This document shows positions 54,031 to 64,000 of a stretch of 64,000 nucleotides of DNA, in pieces. Made by a program: the position numbers and the translations under genes. Positions within the stretch are counted from its first letter, which is position 1; each line of letters starts with the position of its first letter. The DNA comes from an uncultured bacterium (GTDB lineage Bacteria > Bacteroidota > Bacteroidia > Bacteroidales > Bacteroidaceae). The notes under the pieces were generated by a model. The model was not told the DNA's origin and made no database searches. It worked only from the letters and a program-made list of their open reading frames with translations. The DNA is taken from contig CAMBOH010000002.1 of the NCBI GenBank assembly GCA_945869305.1, forward strand, positions 698-64,697, written 5' to 3'.

Positions 54031-54951
54031 TCAGGTGAGGGCATCGATATTGCGCTTCAACCCTTCGAATTTCGCCCTTTTCACCGCACTTTTTCTGAAG
54101 AGCTGCCGGTACTGTTCGAGGGTCAGGGCTTTCCAATCCTCGTTTTGCATCTGCAACAGGGCTTCGCGGGGCTGCAAGTCGGCTATCGGGGTGTCGGAGG
54201 CAAAGCGGAGGTTCCAGGGACAGGCCTCGGCGCAACGGTCGCAGCCGTAGAAGCAGGGCGACAGGCTGCCGGCTGCTTCGGGGGGCAGCGGGCCTCGGTG
54301 CTCTATGGTGAGGTATGACAGGCAGCGGCGGGCATCGAGCGTGCCGTCGCCACGTAGTGCTCCCGTAGGGCAGGCTTCGATACAGCGGCGGCAATTGCCG
54401 CAATGGGACTGCATGGGCGCATCATAGGCATCGGCCGGGTGAACCAGCACCAGCTCGCCCAGAAAGTAATAGCTGCCCGCCTGGGGCAGTATGAGCTGCG
54501 AATGACGGCCGCGCCAGCCCAGCCCGCACTGCTGTGCCCAATACTTCTCGTCAATGGGGGCCGTGTCGACAAAGATGCGTCCGTCGCGGCCTTCTTCGAG
54601 TCCCAACCGCTGCATCAGACGGCGCAACATCTGCTTCACCACTTCATGGTAGTCGGTGCCATAGGCGTAGCGCGCAAGGCGGTAGACCGAACCGGAGGCC
54701 GGGGGTATCTGGCTTGAATAGTAGTTCACGGCCAGGCTGACCACGGTCCTCGCCCCTTCGACGAGCAGGCAGGGATTGAGCCGCTTGTCGAGGTTGCCTT
54801 CAAGGTAGTGCATGTCGGCCTGGCAGCCTTCGGCCAGCCAACGCCTCAACTCGGCGGCCCGCCCAGAGTCTACCGGCACTGCCGGCGCAAGGCCACAGGC
54901 CGAAAATCCGAGTTCGGCGGCAAGCTGTTTGACGTGTGAGGCTGAAAGCAT
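54031..54951 (-). CDS. queG: Epoxyqueuosine reductase
   Basis: ARYAYGTDYH, VDTAP, CGNCRRCIEACP and GCDRCAEACPWN. Confidence 0.95.
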   Translation of the reverse strand: MLSASHVKQLAAELGFSACGLAPAVPVDSGRAAELRRWLAEGCQADMHYLEGNLDKRLNPCLLVEGARTVVSLAVNYYSSQIPPASGSVYRLARYAYGTDYHEVVKQMLRRLMQRLGLEEGRDGRIFVDTAPIDEKYWAQQCGLGWRGRHSQLILPQAGSYYFLGELVLVHPADAYDAPMQSHCGNCRRCIEACPTGALRGDGTLDARRCLSYLTIEHRGPLPPEAAGSLSPCFYGCDRCAEACPWNLRFASDTPIADLQPREALLQMQNEDWKALTLEQYRQLFRKSAVKRAKFEGLKRNIDALT

Positions 54952-55016
54952 GGCGGTGAATGCGTGGATTATGAGAGACAGGAGGCCGCATGGAGCGCAG
55001 GCGACGAAGCGCAGGC

Positions 55017-56249
55017 TCAGCGATAGACTAAGGTGGTGAGCCGCTCCTCGGCATAGACTTCAGCGGCCACCTCCTGGACCGAGCGGGCGGTAACCTGCGC
55101 GATGGAGTCACAGAGGGCGGCTATGTCGCGGTAGCGGTTGTAGTGGGCAAAGGTCTTGCCGAGGGCCAGGGAGTAGGCTTCGGGGGCATCGGTAGAGATG
55201 CCTATCTGTCCGAGCAGCTGCTTCTTGGCGGCACGAAGCTGGGATTCGGTGAGCGGATTGTCGATGAATCGGCGCAATTCGCGCAGCAGCAACCTGCGGC
55301 AACGCCCCACGTCGTGGGCATCGCAACCGAAATAGACGTTCCAGAAGCCTGCATCGGGATAGGTGTTCAGGTAGGAGTCGACGCTGTAAACGAGTCCCGC
55401 CTTTTCGCGCAGGCTGAGATTGAGGCGGGAGTTCATGCCCGGCCCGCCCAGCATGTTGTTGAGCAGGGTGAGGGCGAAGCGGCGGTTGTCGGTGCCGCCG
55501 AAGGTGTGTACCCCCACCAGCACATGGGCCTGGTGGGTCTGCTTCGACACTTCGCGCAGGGGCTCGGCGGGCACTGGCGCAACGGTCACAGGCTGCGACG
55601 CGGGCAGCTGGGGCTCGGCTACGGCGAAGTCGGAGGTGAGGCGTTCGAGCGTACGGACCACAGTGCGGAAGGACACGTCACCATATATATAGAAGGCTGC
55701 ATGGCGCGGCTGGTAGTAGGTCCGGGCAAATCGCAGGGCGTCGGCTGTGGTATACTCGCGCAGGCGGGATGCCTGGCCCAGAATGTCGCGGCCCAAGGCC
55801 TGGCCCGGAAACATCATCGACTCGAACTCGTCGAAGATCAGTTCGGAGGGAGAATCCTGATAACTGTCGATTTCATCGCATATTACCTCTACCTCCTTGT
55901 CTATCTCCGCCTGCGGGTAGACACTGTGGAACACGATGTCGGTGAGCAGGTCGGCGGCACGGGGGAAGTCGGCCTTCAGCACCGTGGCATAGTACACGGT
56001 CTCCTGTTTGGTGGTAAAGGCGTTGAGGTCTCCGCCCACCCGTTCGAGCCCGTTGGTTATGTGGCATGCACGGCGGCGAGCCGTGCCCTTGAAGGTGAGA
56101 TGTTCGATGAAGTGGGCCATGCCAGAGTCGGCCTCGGCCTCATGACGCGTTCCGGCACAGACCACATAGCCGCAATACACGACCTGCGAATGGGAGGGTT
56201 CGTGGAGGATGCGCAACCCGTTGGGGAGAGTATATGTTTGGTAGGGCAT
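55017..56249 (-). CDS. M16-family zinc peptidase
   Basis: Inverted HxxEH motif (AHFIEH), FKGT, LNAFT and LGGPGMNSRL. Confidence 0.93.
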   Translation of the reverse strand: MPYQTYTLPNGLRILHEPSHSQVVYCGYVVCAGTRHEAEADSGMAHFIEHLTFKGTARRRACHITNGLERVGGDLNAFTTKQETVYYATVLKADFPRAADLLTDIVFHSVYPQAEIDKEVEVICDEIDSYQDSPSELIFDEFESMMFPGQALGRDILGQASRLREYTTADALRFARTYYQPRHAAFYIYGDVSFRTVVRTLERLTSDFAVAEPQLPASQPVTVAPVPAEPLREVSKQTHQAHVLVGVHTFGGTDNRRFALTLLNNMLGGPGMNSRLNLSLREKAGLVYSVDSYLNTYPDAGFWNVYFGCDAHDVGRCRRLLLRELRRFIDNPLTESQLRAAKKQLLGQIGISTDAPEAYSLALGKTFAHYNRYRDIAALCDSIAQVTARSVQEVAAEVYAEERLTTLVYR

Positions 56250-56264
56250 GGGGTAATGGGATGA

Positions 56265-56366
56265 TTCAACTTTAAACTCTAAACTCTTCAACCTTCAACT
56301 TTAAACTCTAAACTTTAAACTCTTCAACCTTCAACTTTAAACTATCCACTTTCAACTATCCACTCC
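56265..56366. repeat. Heptamer-type TCAAC/TAAAC low-complexity tract
   Basis: ttcaactttaaactctaaactcttcaacc..., with a duplicated block. Confidence 0.85.
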
Positions 56367-57902
56367 CTACTTCCTGAACCACTTGCCGACCACAGGCAGG
56401 CTTGAGAGGGGGAAGTCGTAATGCACGATATGGGCCACAAAGAGGAGGATGCAGGCGGTATTGATGAGCAGGCGCAGCCAGAGCGCATCGACCCAAGCCG
56501 CCGCTGCCTGCATCACGCCGAAGAAGAACAGGGCGACGACCACGTAGACGGCGATGCTCTTCAGAGGATACTGTATGGGATAGTAACGCTGGCCCACCAC
56601 GTAGCTCAGGGTCATGGCGGTGGCATAGCCTGCAAAGCCGGCCCAGGCACAAGCCATGTAGCCATGGGTGGGAATGAACAGGACATTCACGGCTATCAGC
56701 ACGGCGCAGCCAGCCCCCGAGAACCAGGCCCCCCAGATGGTCTTGTCGATGAGCTTGTACCAGAACGAGAGGTTGAAGTACACGCCCATCATGATTTCGG
56801 CGGCCATGACAATGGGCACCACCTTCAGTCCGGGCCAATAGCTGCGGCCGATGATGTGCTTGAGGATGTCGATGTAGCCCATCACCAGGAGGAAGGCCAG
56901 CAGGGTGAAGATGAGGAAGAACTTCATGGCCTTGGCGTAGGTGGCACGGTTGTCCTTGTCCTGCTGGCGGCCGAACACGAAGGGCTCATAGGCATAGCGG
57001 AAGGCCTGGGTGATCATGGCCATGATCATGGCTATCTTGACGCTGGCCCCGTAGATGCCCAACTGCACCTTGCCTTCCTGCCCCTCGACCAGGCGCGGGA
57101 AAATCATCTTGTCGGCCGTCTGGTTGAGGATGCCGGCAATGCCCAACACGAGGATGGGCCAGGCATAGTGCCACATACGGCGGGCGAGGCCCTTGTCGAA
57201 GGTCCAGCGGAAGCCGCTCAGCTCCTGCCTGAAGAACAGGGTGATGAGGGCCGTACAGAACAGGTTGATGGCAAAGGCATAGCCTACGCCGTAGTCGGGA
57301 GAGTATATTTCGGCGATGAATGCGTGCATTCCGGGCTGCTCGTACAACCACGGAAGGAGCAGGAAGAAGACGAGGTTGAGGGTGATGTTCAGCACGATGA
57401 ACAGCAGCTTCAAGGAGGCGAACTTGATGGGGCGACGCTGATAGCGCAGGTAGGCGAAGGGGATGCACTGGAAGGCGTCGATGGCTACACACACGGCCAT
57501 CATGCCCAGAAACTCGGGGTGGTCGGCATAGTCCAAGGCGGCTGCAATGGGGGTGAGGAAGCCGAACACGGCCAGAAGGAAGGCGACGCCCACCCCGCCT
57601 ACCATAAGGAGGGTGGTGGAATAGACGCGCTGGGGCGGCACGTCGCCCTTGTTCACAAAGCGGAAGAAGGTGGTCTCCATGCCAAAGGTAAGCAGCACGA
57701 GCAGCAGGGCCACGTAGCTGTAGACCTCGGTGATGACACCGTAACCGCCGGTCGATGCGGCGAGTTTGGCGGTATAAAGGGGCACGAGCAGATAATTGAG
57801 GAAGCGGCCCACGATGCTCGACAGACCGTAGATGGCAGTGTCCTTGGCCAGGGCCTTCATGCCGCTGCCCTGCGAAGCCGGTTGTTTGTTGTCTGTACTC
57901 AT
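56367..57902 (-). CDS. Polysaccharide biosynthesis / MOP-type flippase
   Basis: LAKDTAIYGLSSIVGRFLNYLLVP, GMETTFFRF and QAFRYAYEPF. Confidence 0.88.
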   Translation of the reverse strand: MSTDNKQPASQGSGMKALAKDTAIYGLSSIVGRFLNYLLVPLYTAKLAASTGGYGVITEVYSYVALLLVLLTFGMETTFFRFVNKGDVPPQRVYSTTLLMVGGVGVAFLLAVFGFLTPIAAALDYADHPEFLGMMAVCVAIDAFQCIPFAYLRYQRRPIKFASLKLLFIVLNITLNLVFFLLLPWLYEQPGMHAFIAEIYSPDYGVGYAFAINLFCTALITLFFRQELSGFRWTFDKGLARRMWHYAWPILVLGIAGILNQTADKMIFPRLVEGQEGKVQLGIYGASVKIAMIMAMITQAFRYAYEPFVFGRQQDKDNRATYAKAMKFFLIFTLLAFLLVMGYIDILKHIIGRSYWPGLKVVPIVMAAEIMMGVYFNLSFWYKLIDKTIWGAWFSGAGCAVLIAVNVLFIPTHGYMACAWAGFAGYATAMTLSYVVGQRYYPIQYPLKSIAVYVVVALFFFGVMQAAAAWVDALWLRLLINTACILLFVAHIVHYDFPLSSLPVVGKWFRK

Positions 57903-57927
57903 GACTGTAGAGAGAGGAGGTATGCTT

Positions 57928-59157
57928 TTAGAAGAACAGGTAGGCTATGCCGATGGCGGCAACGATGCCGGCCAGATCGGCCAGAAGGCCGCAGGCCACG
58001 GCGTGGCGCGTTCGGCTGATGCCCACCGAACCGAAATAGACGGCGAGGATGTAGAAGGTGGTGTCGGTCGAGCCCTGGAAGATGCAGCTGAGCCTTCCAA
58101 CGAACGAGTCGGCTCCATAGGTGGTCATGGCATCGACCATCATGCCGCGCGCACCGCTGCCCGACAGGGGCTTCATCAGCGCAGTGGGCAGTGCGCCCAC
58201 CCATCCGGCATCGGCTCCGGTCTGCTCCACAAGCCACTTCACGCCCTCAATGAGCCAGTCCATGGCTCCCGAGGCACGGAACACGCCGATGCCCACCAGC
58301 ACTGCCACGAGATAGGGGATGATGCGCACGGCGGTTTCGAAGCCGCCCTTGGCTCCTTCGACAAAGGCATCGTACACGTTGACGCGCTTGCGCAGCCCGG
58401 CGGCAATGAAACTGATGATGATGACAAAGAGGAGTATGTTGGCCGAGGTGGTGCCCACCTGGCCCATCGTGGCATTGTCCAACTGGCTGAAGCCCCATAT
58501 CAGGGTCGCCACGCCAAGCGACAGTCCGCCCAGTGTGGCCAACAACACGGGCTGCAACAGATTGATGCGCTGGAAGAGGCTCGTCACGACCACGCCGGCC
58601 AGCGTCGAGAAGAAGGTGGCCATCAGGATGGGCATGAACACGTCGGTTGGCTGGGCTGCGCCCATTTGTGCCCTGTAGACCATGATGCTCACAGGTATCA
58701 GGGTCAAGCCCGAGGTGTTGAGCACCAGAAACATGATCATGGAGTTTGAGGCGGTGTCCTTCTTGGGATTGAGCTCCTGCAGGCTTTCCATGGCCTTGAG
58801 GCCAAGGGGCGTGGCTGCATTGTCAAGCCCGAGCATGTTGGCCGAGAGGTTCATGAAGATGTTGCCGAACACGGGATGATTGCGCGGAATGTCGGGAAAG
58901 AGCTTGCAGAACACCGGGCTGAGCAGGCGGGCCATGGCATTCACCACCCCACCCTTCTCGCCTATCTTCATCACGCCTAACCAAAGCGACAGCACGCCGG
59001 TCAGGCCCAACGAGATTTCGAAGGCTGTCTTTGAGGTCTCGAAGGTGGAGTTCATGATGGCGGGAAACACTTCGGTATCGCCCATAAACACCAGCTTGAC
59101 CAATGCTATGACAAAAGCAATGACGAAAAAGGCTGTCCAAATATAATTCAGTACCAT
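57928..59157 (-). CDS. Nucleoside-recognition (Gate) domain protein, SpmA-SpmB fusion type
   Basis: NMLGLDNAATPLG, KPLSGSGA and STDTTFY..VYFG. Confidence 0.9.
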   Translation of the reverse strand: MVLNYIWTAFFVIAFVIALVKLVFMGDTEVFPAIMNSTFETSKTAFEISLGLTGVLSLWLGVMKIGEKGGVVNAMARLLSPVFCKLFPDIPRNHPVFGNIFMNLSANMLGLDNAATPLGLKAMESLQELNPKKDTASNSMIMFLVLNTSGLTLIPVSIMVYRAQMGAAQPTDVFMPILMATFFSTLAGVVVTSLFQRINLLQPVLLATLGGLSLGVATLIWGFSQLDNATMGQVGTTSANILLFVIIISFIAAGLRKRVNVYDAFVEGAKGGFETAVRIIPYLVAVLVGIGVFRASGAMDWLIEGVKWLVEQTGADAGWVGALPTALMKPLSGSGARGMMVDAMTTYGADSFVGRLSCIFQGSTDTTFYILAVYFGSVGISRTRHAVACGLLADLAGIVAAIGIAYLFF

Positions 59158-59293
59158 GCGCTGTGTGGGGAAAAAGGGGATGAGAGATATTGTCTGAGAG
59201 ACCACTGTCTGCCGGATGACGGCAACGGAGAGCCTCGTCCGGCTTGAAGCGTAAAGGAACGGGTAGCAAGTCTTCGACGGAATGTCCACCTGC

Positions 59294-59935
59294 TCAGTGG
59301 ACCAGCAGTTCCTGCCTTCCGTCCACGCGCCAGACCTGCCTGTCCGGTATGTCGGGAAAGTGCTCCACGTCGTGGCTCACCACGACCATGGCACACTGGC
59401 GGGCGTATTGCTGCAACAGGTCATAGAGGTGGGCGCGGGCTGCATCGTCCAGGTGTGTCTCGGGTTCATCGAGCAAGAGCAGGTCGGGATTCGACACAAA
59501 GGCCCGGGCCAGCAGGGTGCGCTGCCACTGGCCTCCACTCAGGTCGGAGATGGGACGGTCGGCCAACGCGCCCAGACTGAACTGCTCCAGCGTTTCGGCC
59601 ACCCTCTGGCGGTGGGCAGCAGTGAACCGCTGCCAGATGCGCTTGCGACACGAGAGTCCGGACAGCACAATGTCGCCCACGGTGGTGGGAAACTGGCGGT
59701 CAATGTGCCTGTATTGCGGCAAATAGCCCACTACGGCCGGAGCGCGCTCTATATAGCCTGCCGTGGGAGGCAGCAGTCCGGCCAGGAGCCGCAGCAAGGT
59801 GGTCTTGCCACCGCCGTTGGGACCTACCAGCACGATGCAGTCACCCTGGTTCACCCGGGCTTCGATGTGGCAGAGCACGTGGCGCTCGCCATAGCTCAGA
59901 CACACGTTGTGGATTCCTAACAGTTGCTTATTCAT
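59294..59935 (-). CDS. Metal ABC transporter ATPase (ZnuC-like)
   Basis: GPNGGGKTT, GYLPQ, LSGGQ, LLLDEP and VSHD. Confidence 0.9.
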   Translation of the reverse strand: MNKQLLGIHNVCLSYGERHVLCHIEARVNQGDCIVLVGPNGGGKTTLLRLLAGLLPPTAGYIERAPAVVGYLPQYRHIDRQFPTTVGDIVLSGLSCRKRIWQRFTAAHRQRVAETLEQFSLGALADRPISDLSGGQWQRTLLARAFVSNPDLLLLDEPETHLDDAARAHLYDLLQQYARQCAMVVVSHDVEHFPDIPDRQVWRVDGRQELLVH

Positions 59936-60821
59936 CGCTCAAGGCACGCAGAATGGTAAAAAACTGTTTGTCGACCTGGCTTTGCAGCGGATTGATGCGC
60001 ACTACGCGGGCACCGACGCTTTCGGCCAGACGCTGCGCCGCACGCCCGCTGTGCTCGTCTGATATAAACACCACACGGACGCTGTCGGCCTTGCACCGCT
60101 GCTCCAACTGCTGCAGATAGGCGACCGAGGGCTCTTTTCCGTCGCGCTCCACGGCCAGCTGCACGAGTCCATACTGGTGGGCCAGATAGCCCAACGCAGG
60201 GTGATAGATGAGGAAGGTGCGGTGGCGCACGCGGGCAGCCTCCTGCTTCAGCAAAGAGTCTGTCTGGCAGTAGTAGGCCTGCCGGGCCCTGGCCCGCTCG
60301 CGGTATTCTGCTGCATGGGCGGCGTCTATACGGCATAGTGCCTCGCAGGCATTGGCTGTCATGCGGCTCAGGTTTTGCGCACTCATCCACATATGCGGGT
60401 CACTCCCGTGCGCGGCATCGTGGCATCCGTCGGCATGGGGCAAGGGCTCAATGCCTTGTGACAGGTCTATGCGCTGCACGCCGGGTGTGGCTTCAAGCAT
60501 CTTCGGCACGGCCGTACACTCAAAGCCCAAAGTGCCCACGCAGAACAAGGCCTGGCTCTCGCCCAACTGTACCATCTGTCTCGGTGTGGGCTCATAGGTT
60601 TCGGGGCTGGCCCCACGGGGCATCAGCGTGACTACCTCATAACGGTCGCCTGCCAACGACGCTACCACATCGCGCAACGGCTCTATGGTCACAGTCAGCA
60701 CGGCACGCTCTTCGCCCGCAGTGCGCCGGCACGACTGCAAGAGCCCTGCCACACTGCCTGCCAGCAACAGAGCAAGCACCTTGATGATTGCCGCATAATG
60801 CGGGTTGTAGCCTTTATACAT
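59928..60821 (-). CDS. Metal ABC transporter substrate-binding lipoprotein (ZnuA-like)
   Basis: SPETYEPTP, DPHMWMS, YHPALGY and GKEPS. Confidence 0.9.
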   Translation of the reverse strand: MYKGYNPHYAAIIKVLALLLAGSVAGLLQSCRRTAGEERAVLTVTIEPLRDVVASLAGDRYEVVTLMPRGASPETYEPTPRQMVQLGESQALFCVGTLGFECTAVPKMLEATPGVQRIDLSQGIEPLPHADGCHDAAHGSDPHMWMSAQNLSRMTANACEALCRIDAAHAAEYRERARARQAYYCQTDSLLKQEAARVRHRTFLIYHPALGYLAHQYGLVQLAVERDGKEPSVAYLQQLEQRCKADSVRVVFISDEHSGRAAQRLAESVGARVVRINPLQSQVDKQFFTILRALSDE

Positions 60822-60827
60822 TAGAGA

Positions 60828-60915
60828 TTATAGTTGGGAGTTGAGAGTTGAAAGTTTATAGTTTATAGTTGAGAGTTGAAAGCTTATAGTTGAAAGCTTA
60901 TAGTTTATAGTTGAG
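60828..60915. repeat. Heptamer AGTTGAG/AGTTTAT low-complexity tract
   Basis: tagttgggagttgagagttgaaagtttatagtttatag...; reverse complement of the TCAACT family. Confidence 0.85.
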
Positions 60916-60984
60916 TCGGAAGGTCCGGTGCTGGAGGTCATCGGGCATGTTGCGAAATGGGCGTACCTCACAACCTCAGAGCCA

Positions 60985-61434
60985 TCACACTGCCGCACAG
61001 GCCTTCAGCAGCAACCAGTAACGCAGGTACTTGCCCACTGCCACGGCGGTCATGGCATACACCAACTTGACGCGCAGGAAACCCATGGCCACGGTGATGA
61101 CGCTGCCCAACAAGGGAAGCCAGGCCAACAGTCCGGCCCAGGCTCCATAGCTGCGCACCCACCGCTTGCCGCGCTCCAACTTCTCGGGCTGCACCTTGGT
61201 GAAGCGGGTAATCCACTCTTCGCGCCCCAACGAACCTACACCGTAATTGAACAGCGAGCCTAACGTGTTGCCGGCCGTTCCCCACAGCAAGAGGTCGCTG
61301 GGCGATGCTCCGGCGGCCAGCAAGCCCAGCATCACGACTTCCGAACTGAACGGGAAGAAGCTGCCGGCCATGAAGGCGGCGGCGAACATGCCGACTCCAC
61401 CATAGTCTACAAGCATTTCGATGATTGCGTCCAT
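60985..61434 (-). CDS. YqaA / DedA (VTT) family membrane protein
   Basis: AFMAGSFFPFSSE, GNTLGS..NY and GKYLRY. Confidence 0.9.
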   Translation of the reverse strand: MDAIIEMLVDYGGVGMFAAAFMAGSFFPFSSEVVMLGLLAAGASPSDLLLWGTAGNTLGSLFNYGVGSLGREEWITRFTKVQPEKLERGKRWVRSYGAWAGLLAWLPLLGSVITVAMGFLRVKLVYAMTAVAVGKYLRYWLLLKACAAV

Positions 61435-61496
61435 GTCTCTTCCTTATATATAACCGAGGCTGCCACAGGAGATGCTGAACCTGTCTTTCCCGCAGC

Positions 61497-62420
61497 CTAA
61501 AACACATAGTTCACCACGCCCAGCGCGACCACCAGCAACAACGACACATTGAACCACGCGTCGAAGAAACGGCCCTTGCCCACTGCATAGTAGTGGCCGG
61601 CCAGCAGGGAACTGTTCAGGATGAGCAGCGCAAGCAGCACATCGAGATGGGCAGGCAGCAAGGCCACACCGGCCGTGAGGGCCAGCTGTTGGGTCACGAC
61701 CACGTAGAAGAGCATGCGCGTGCGTATCTTGTCGTTGTAGGCTGTGCGCAGAAAGTGGCACAGGCCTAACCAGCCGAGCAGGCCCACCACGCCTACATTG
61801 GTCCACTGAAGCCAGCTCACCGAACCATAGTCGGGCACCTCGTAGCGGGTGTAGGCAAGCAGGAAGTCGAAGGAGGTGGCGAGCGTGTGGGTGGTCAGCG
61901 CATAGGCCAGGCGGAACCAATAGGGCACCAGCAGACCCAGCAGACCGGCCATGAAGATACGCCAGCCGAAGTTGCGCAGCTGGAATATCAGGCTGAAGTA
62001 GAACAGGAAGGCCAGCACCAGCATGGGAGGGAACAGCATACTGCCCACACCCATAAACAGAAAGGCGTGGAACACATAGCCTTCAGCCCGCACACGCTGG
62101 TACACGCTGAAGAGCATGGCATAGCTCAGCGCGAAACACAAGGCGCAGAGCTGGCGCGGATGCCATGCGTGGAGGGCGGGCATGACCGCCATGAACAACA
62201 GGTAGGTGGAACTGACCAGGCGCGAACGGATGCGCAACAGGGCGAAACGGTTGTTCAGCTCCATCACTACATAGGTAGTGCAGCCCGTCAGCAACAGGCC
62301 CACCCACATGGTCCAGTCAAACACACCTCGGGCTGGCCATAGCAGCAAGGTGGCAATGGCCATTACCGGCAAGGTGAACGAGCCGGACACTACTTTCGAA
62401 CGAAACGAATGGCTGTACAC
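61497..62420 (-). CDS. Conserved Bacteroidales membrane protein (DUF6427-like)
   Basis: Multi-TM; ELNNRFALLRIRS, GLLVPYW and DKIRTR; lies between purD and yqaA. Confidence 0.7.
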   Translation of the reverse strand: MYSHSFRSKVVSGSFTLPVMAIATLLLWPARGVFDWTMWVGLLLTGCTTYVVMELNNRFALLRIRSRLVSSTYLLFMAVMPALHAWHPRQLCALCFALSYAMLFSVYQRVRAEGYVFHAFLFMGVGSMLFPPMLVLAFLFYFSLIFQLRNFGWRIFMAGLLGLLVPYWFRLAYALTTHTLATSFDFLLAYTRYEVPDYGSVSWLQWTNVGVVGLLGWLGLCHFLRTAYNDKIRTRMLFYVVVTQQLALTAGVALLPAHLDVLLALLILNSSLLAGHYYAVGKGRFFDAWFNVSLLLVVALGVVNYVF

Positions 62421-62585
62421 GACGGTTTGAGCTTCCTGTTGTGCGCGTGCAGACGCAGAGTCGGGGTCGCCCTGGGTATGCCGGGCTCAACCATTCCTTC
62501 GGCCCACTCCCTGACTCCTTGTCGACCGGCAACAACTACTTGCGAAACGTGAATAATCTCGTGACCTGTAAGAGGGCTGGGGGCA

Positions 62586-63854
62586 TCAGCCAAGATCCTT
62601 GCCGATGTCCCGGCGGAAGTACTTCTTCTCAAACTGTATTTGCTCTGCGCCCCGCATGGACTTTTCGAGAGCCTCAGCGCGGTCCTTACCGTAGGAGCTG
62701 ACGGCTATCACGCGTCCGCCGGCAGTCACGAGCTGTCCGTCCTTCAGCGCCGTACCGGCATGGAACACCACGCTGCCGGGCACCTCAGCACCCGTAATGG
62801 CATACCCCTTCTCGTAGGCACCGGGATAACCGCCCGACACACACATCACGCACACGGCAGCACGCTCGTCAAACTCCACGCGGCGCTGGTCGAGGTCGCC
62901 CGCGGCCACGCCTTCAAACAGGTCGACAAGATCGCTCTTCAGACGCAGCATGACGCTTTCGGTCTCGGGGTCGCCCATGCGGCAGTTGTATTCAATCACC
63001 TTGGGCTGGCCGTCGCAGTTTATCAGGCCGAAGAAGATGAAACCCTTGTAGTCGATGCCCTCGGCGGCCAGGCCCTCGACTGTAGGACGGATAATCTGGT
63101 CCTCCACCTTCTGCATCCACGCCTTGTCGGCAAAAGGCACAGGCGAAACCGAACCCATGCCACCCGTATTCAAGCCCGTGTCGCCCTCGCCGATACGCTT
63201 GTAGTCCTTGGCCTCAGGCAGTATCTGGTAGTGCTTGCCGTCGGTCAGCACAAACACCGAGCACTCGATGCCCGACAGGAATTCCTCGATGACTACGCGG
63301 CTCGAAGCGTTGCCGAACATGCCGCCCAGCATTTCGCGCAGCTCTCGACGGGCCTCGTCTAACGTGGGCAGAATGAGCACACCCTTGCCGGCACACAGGC
63401 CATCGGCCTTGAGCACATAGGGTGGCTGCAACGTTTCGAGAAAACGGCAGCCCTCCTCCACCTGCGTACCGTCGAAGGTGGCATAGGCTGCGGTGGGAAT
63501 GCCGTGGCGCTTCATGAAGCCTTTGGCAAAGTCCTTCGAACCTTCGAGCACGGCACCCGCCTTCGACGGACCGATAACGGCCACATCCTTCAGCAGGTCG
63601 TGGTGCTGGAAGTAGTCATACACCCCCTTCACCAACGGGTCTTCGGGGCCGACCACAACCATCTGTACCTCGTAGTCGATGACGAACTGCGCAATGCCGT
63701 CGAAATCGCTCGGGGAGAGGTCGACATTTTCGCCTACGGCAGCCGTACCCGCATTGCCCGGAGCGATAAAGAGTTTGTCTACGCGCGGACTCTGCGCTAT
63801 TTTCCACGCCAAGGCGTGCTCGCGTCCGCCGCTACCCAAGAGTAAGATTTTCAT
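62586..63854 (-). CDS. purD: Phosphoribosylamine--glycine ligase
   Basis: [31 protein letters not shown] and [10 protein letters not shown]; TACTTTTG at 63891-63884. Confidence 0.97.
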   Translation of the reverse strand: MKILLLGSGGREHALAWKIAQSPRVDKLFIAPGNAGTAAVGENVDLSPSDFDGIAQFVIDYEVQMVVVGPEDPLVKGVYDYFQHHDLLKDVAVIGPSKAGAVLEGSKDFAKGFMKRHGIPTAAYATFDGTQVEEGCRFLETLQPPYVLKADGLCAGKGVLILPTLDEARRELREMLGGMFGNASSRVVIEEFLSGIECSVFVLTDGKHYQILPEAKDYKRIGEGDTGLNTGGMGSVSPVPFADKAWMQKVEDQIIRPTVEGLAAEGIDYKGFIFFGLINCDGQPKVIEYNCRMGDPETESVMLRLKSDLVDLFEGVAAGDLDQRRVEFDERAAVCVMCVSGGYPGAYEKGYAITGAEVPGSVVFHAGTALKDGQLVTAGGRVIAVSSYGKDRAEALEKSMRGAEQIQFEKKYFRRDIGKDLG

Positions 63855-64000
63855 AGAATCAGCTGATTTTTTAATTTGCAAAGCAAAAGTACGGCAAAGT
63901 ATGCACCCGACAAAGCTTCGCATGAGCAATTTGCAACCCCTTCGCCCCGACCCTTTCAGGAAAGAGCGGACAGCCGACCGCCGGAAGACAGCATCGGCTC

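Noticed and set aside
59294-60821. Incomplete metal ABC system (no permease)
   Set aside because: In Bacteroidales the permease is commonly encoded elsewhere, so this is not unusual.

Overview
GC-rich Bacteroidales chromosome (Prevotellaceae-like, judged from gene content, TAnnTTTG promoters and T9SS-type C-termini). The window is mostly housekeeping genes on the minus strand: xerC (partial), rpsU, two secreted T9SS-type proteins, a cell-wall module (L,D-transpeptidase, NlpC/P60, CapA, MscS), ung, an S9 peptidase, a THUMP methylase, the distal dcw cluster (murG-murC-ftsQ-ftsA-ftsZ-ftsZ2-yqeY), wzx, LOG, ridA, sufCDS, rnhB, speA, aroK, topA, rpsT, tRNA-Glu, recO, proCBA, ino1, ybeY, ruvB, DUF2723, queG, znuAC and purD. 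I found no transposase, reverse transcriptase, cas gene or prophage. The most striking observation is a tandem pair of full-length, diverged ftsZ genes in a dcw cluster that is split at murG. Also notable are a candidate oriC-like interval beside ridA (one perfect DnaA box, an AT-rich tract and a repeated GTCGTGC motif), an 8-copy 23-bp array in the predicted topA leader, REP/REPIN-like elements around LOG and sufS-ybjQ, and a perfect 10-nt Shine-Dalgarno on an Omp28-like gene near rpsU. All product calls come from motif recognition; no database searches were run.
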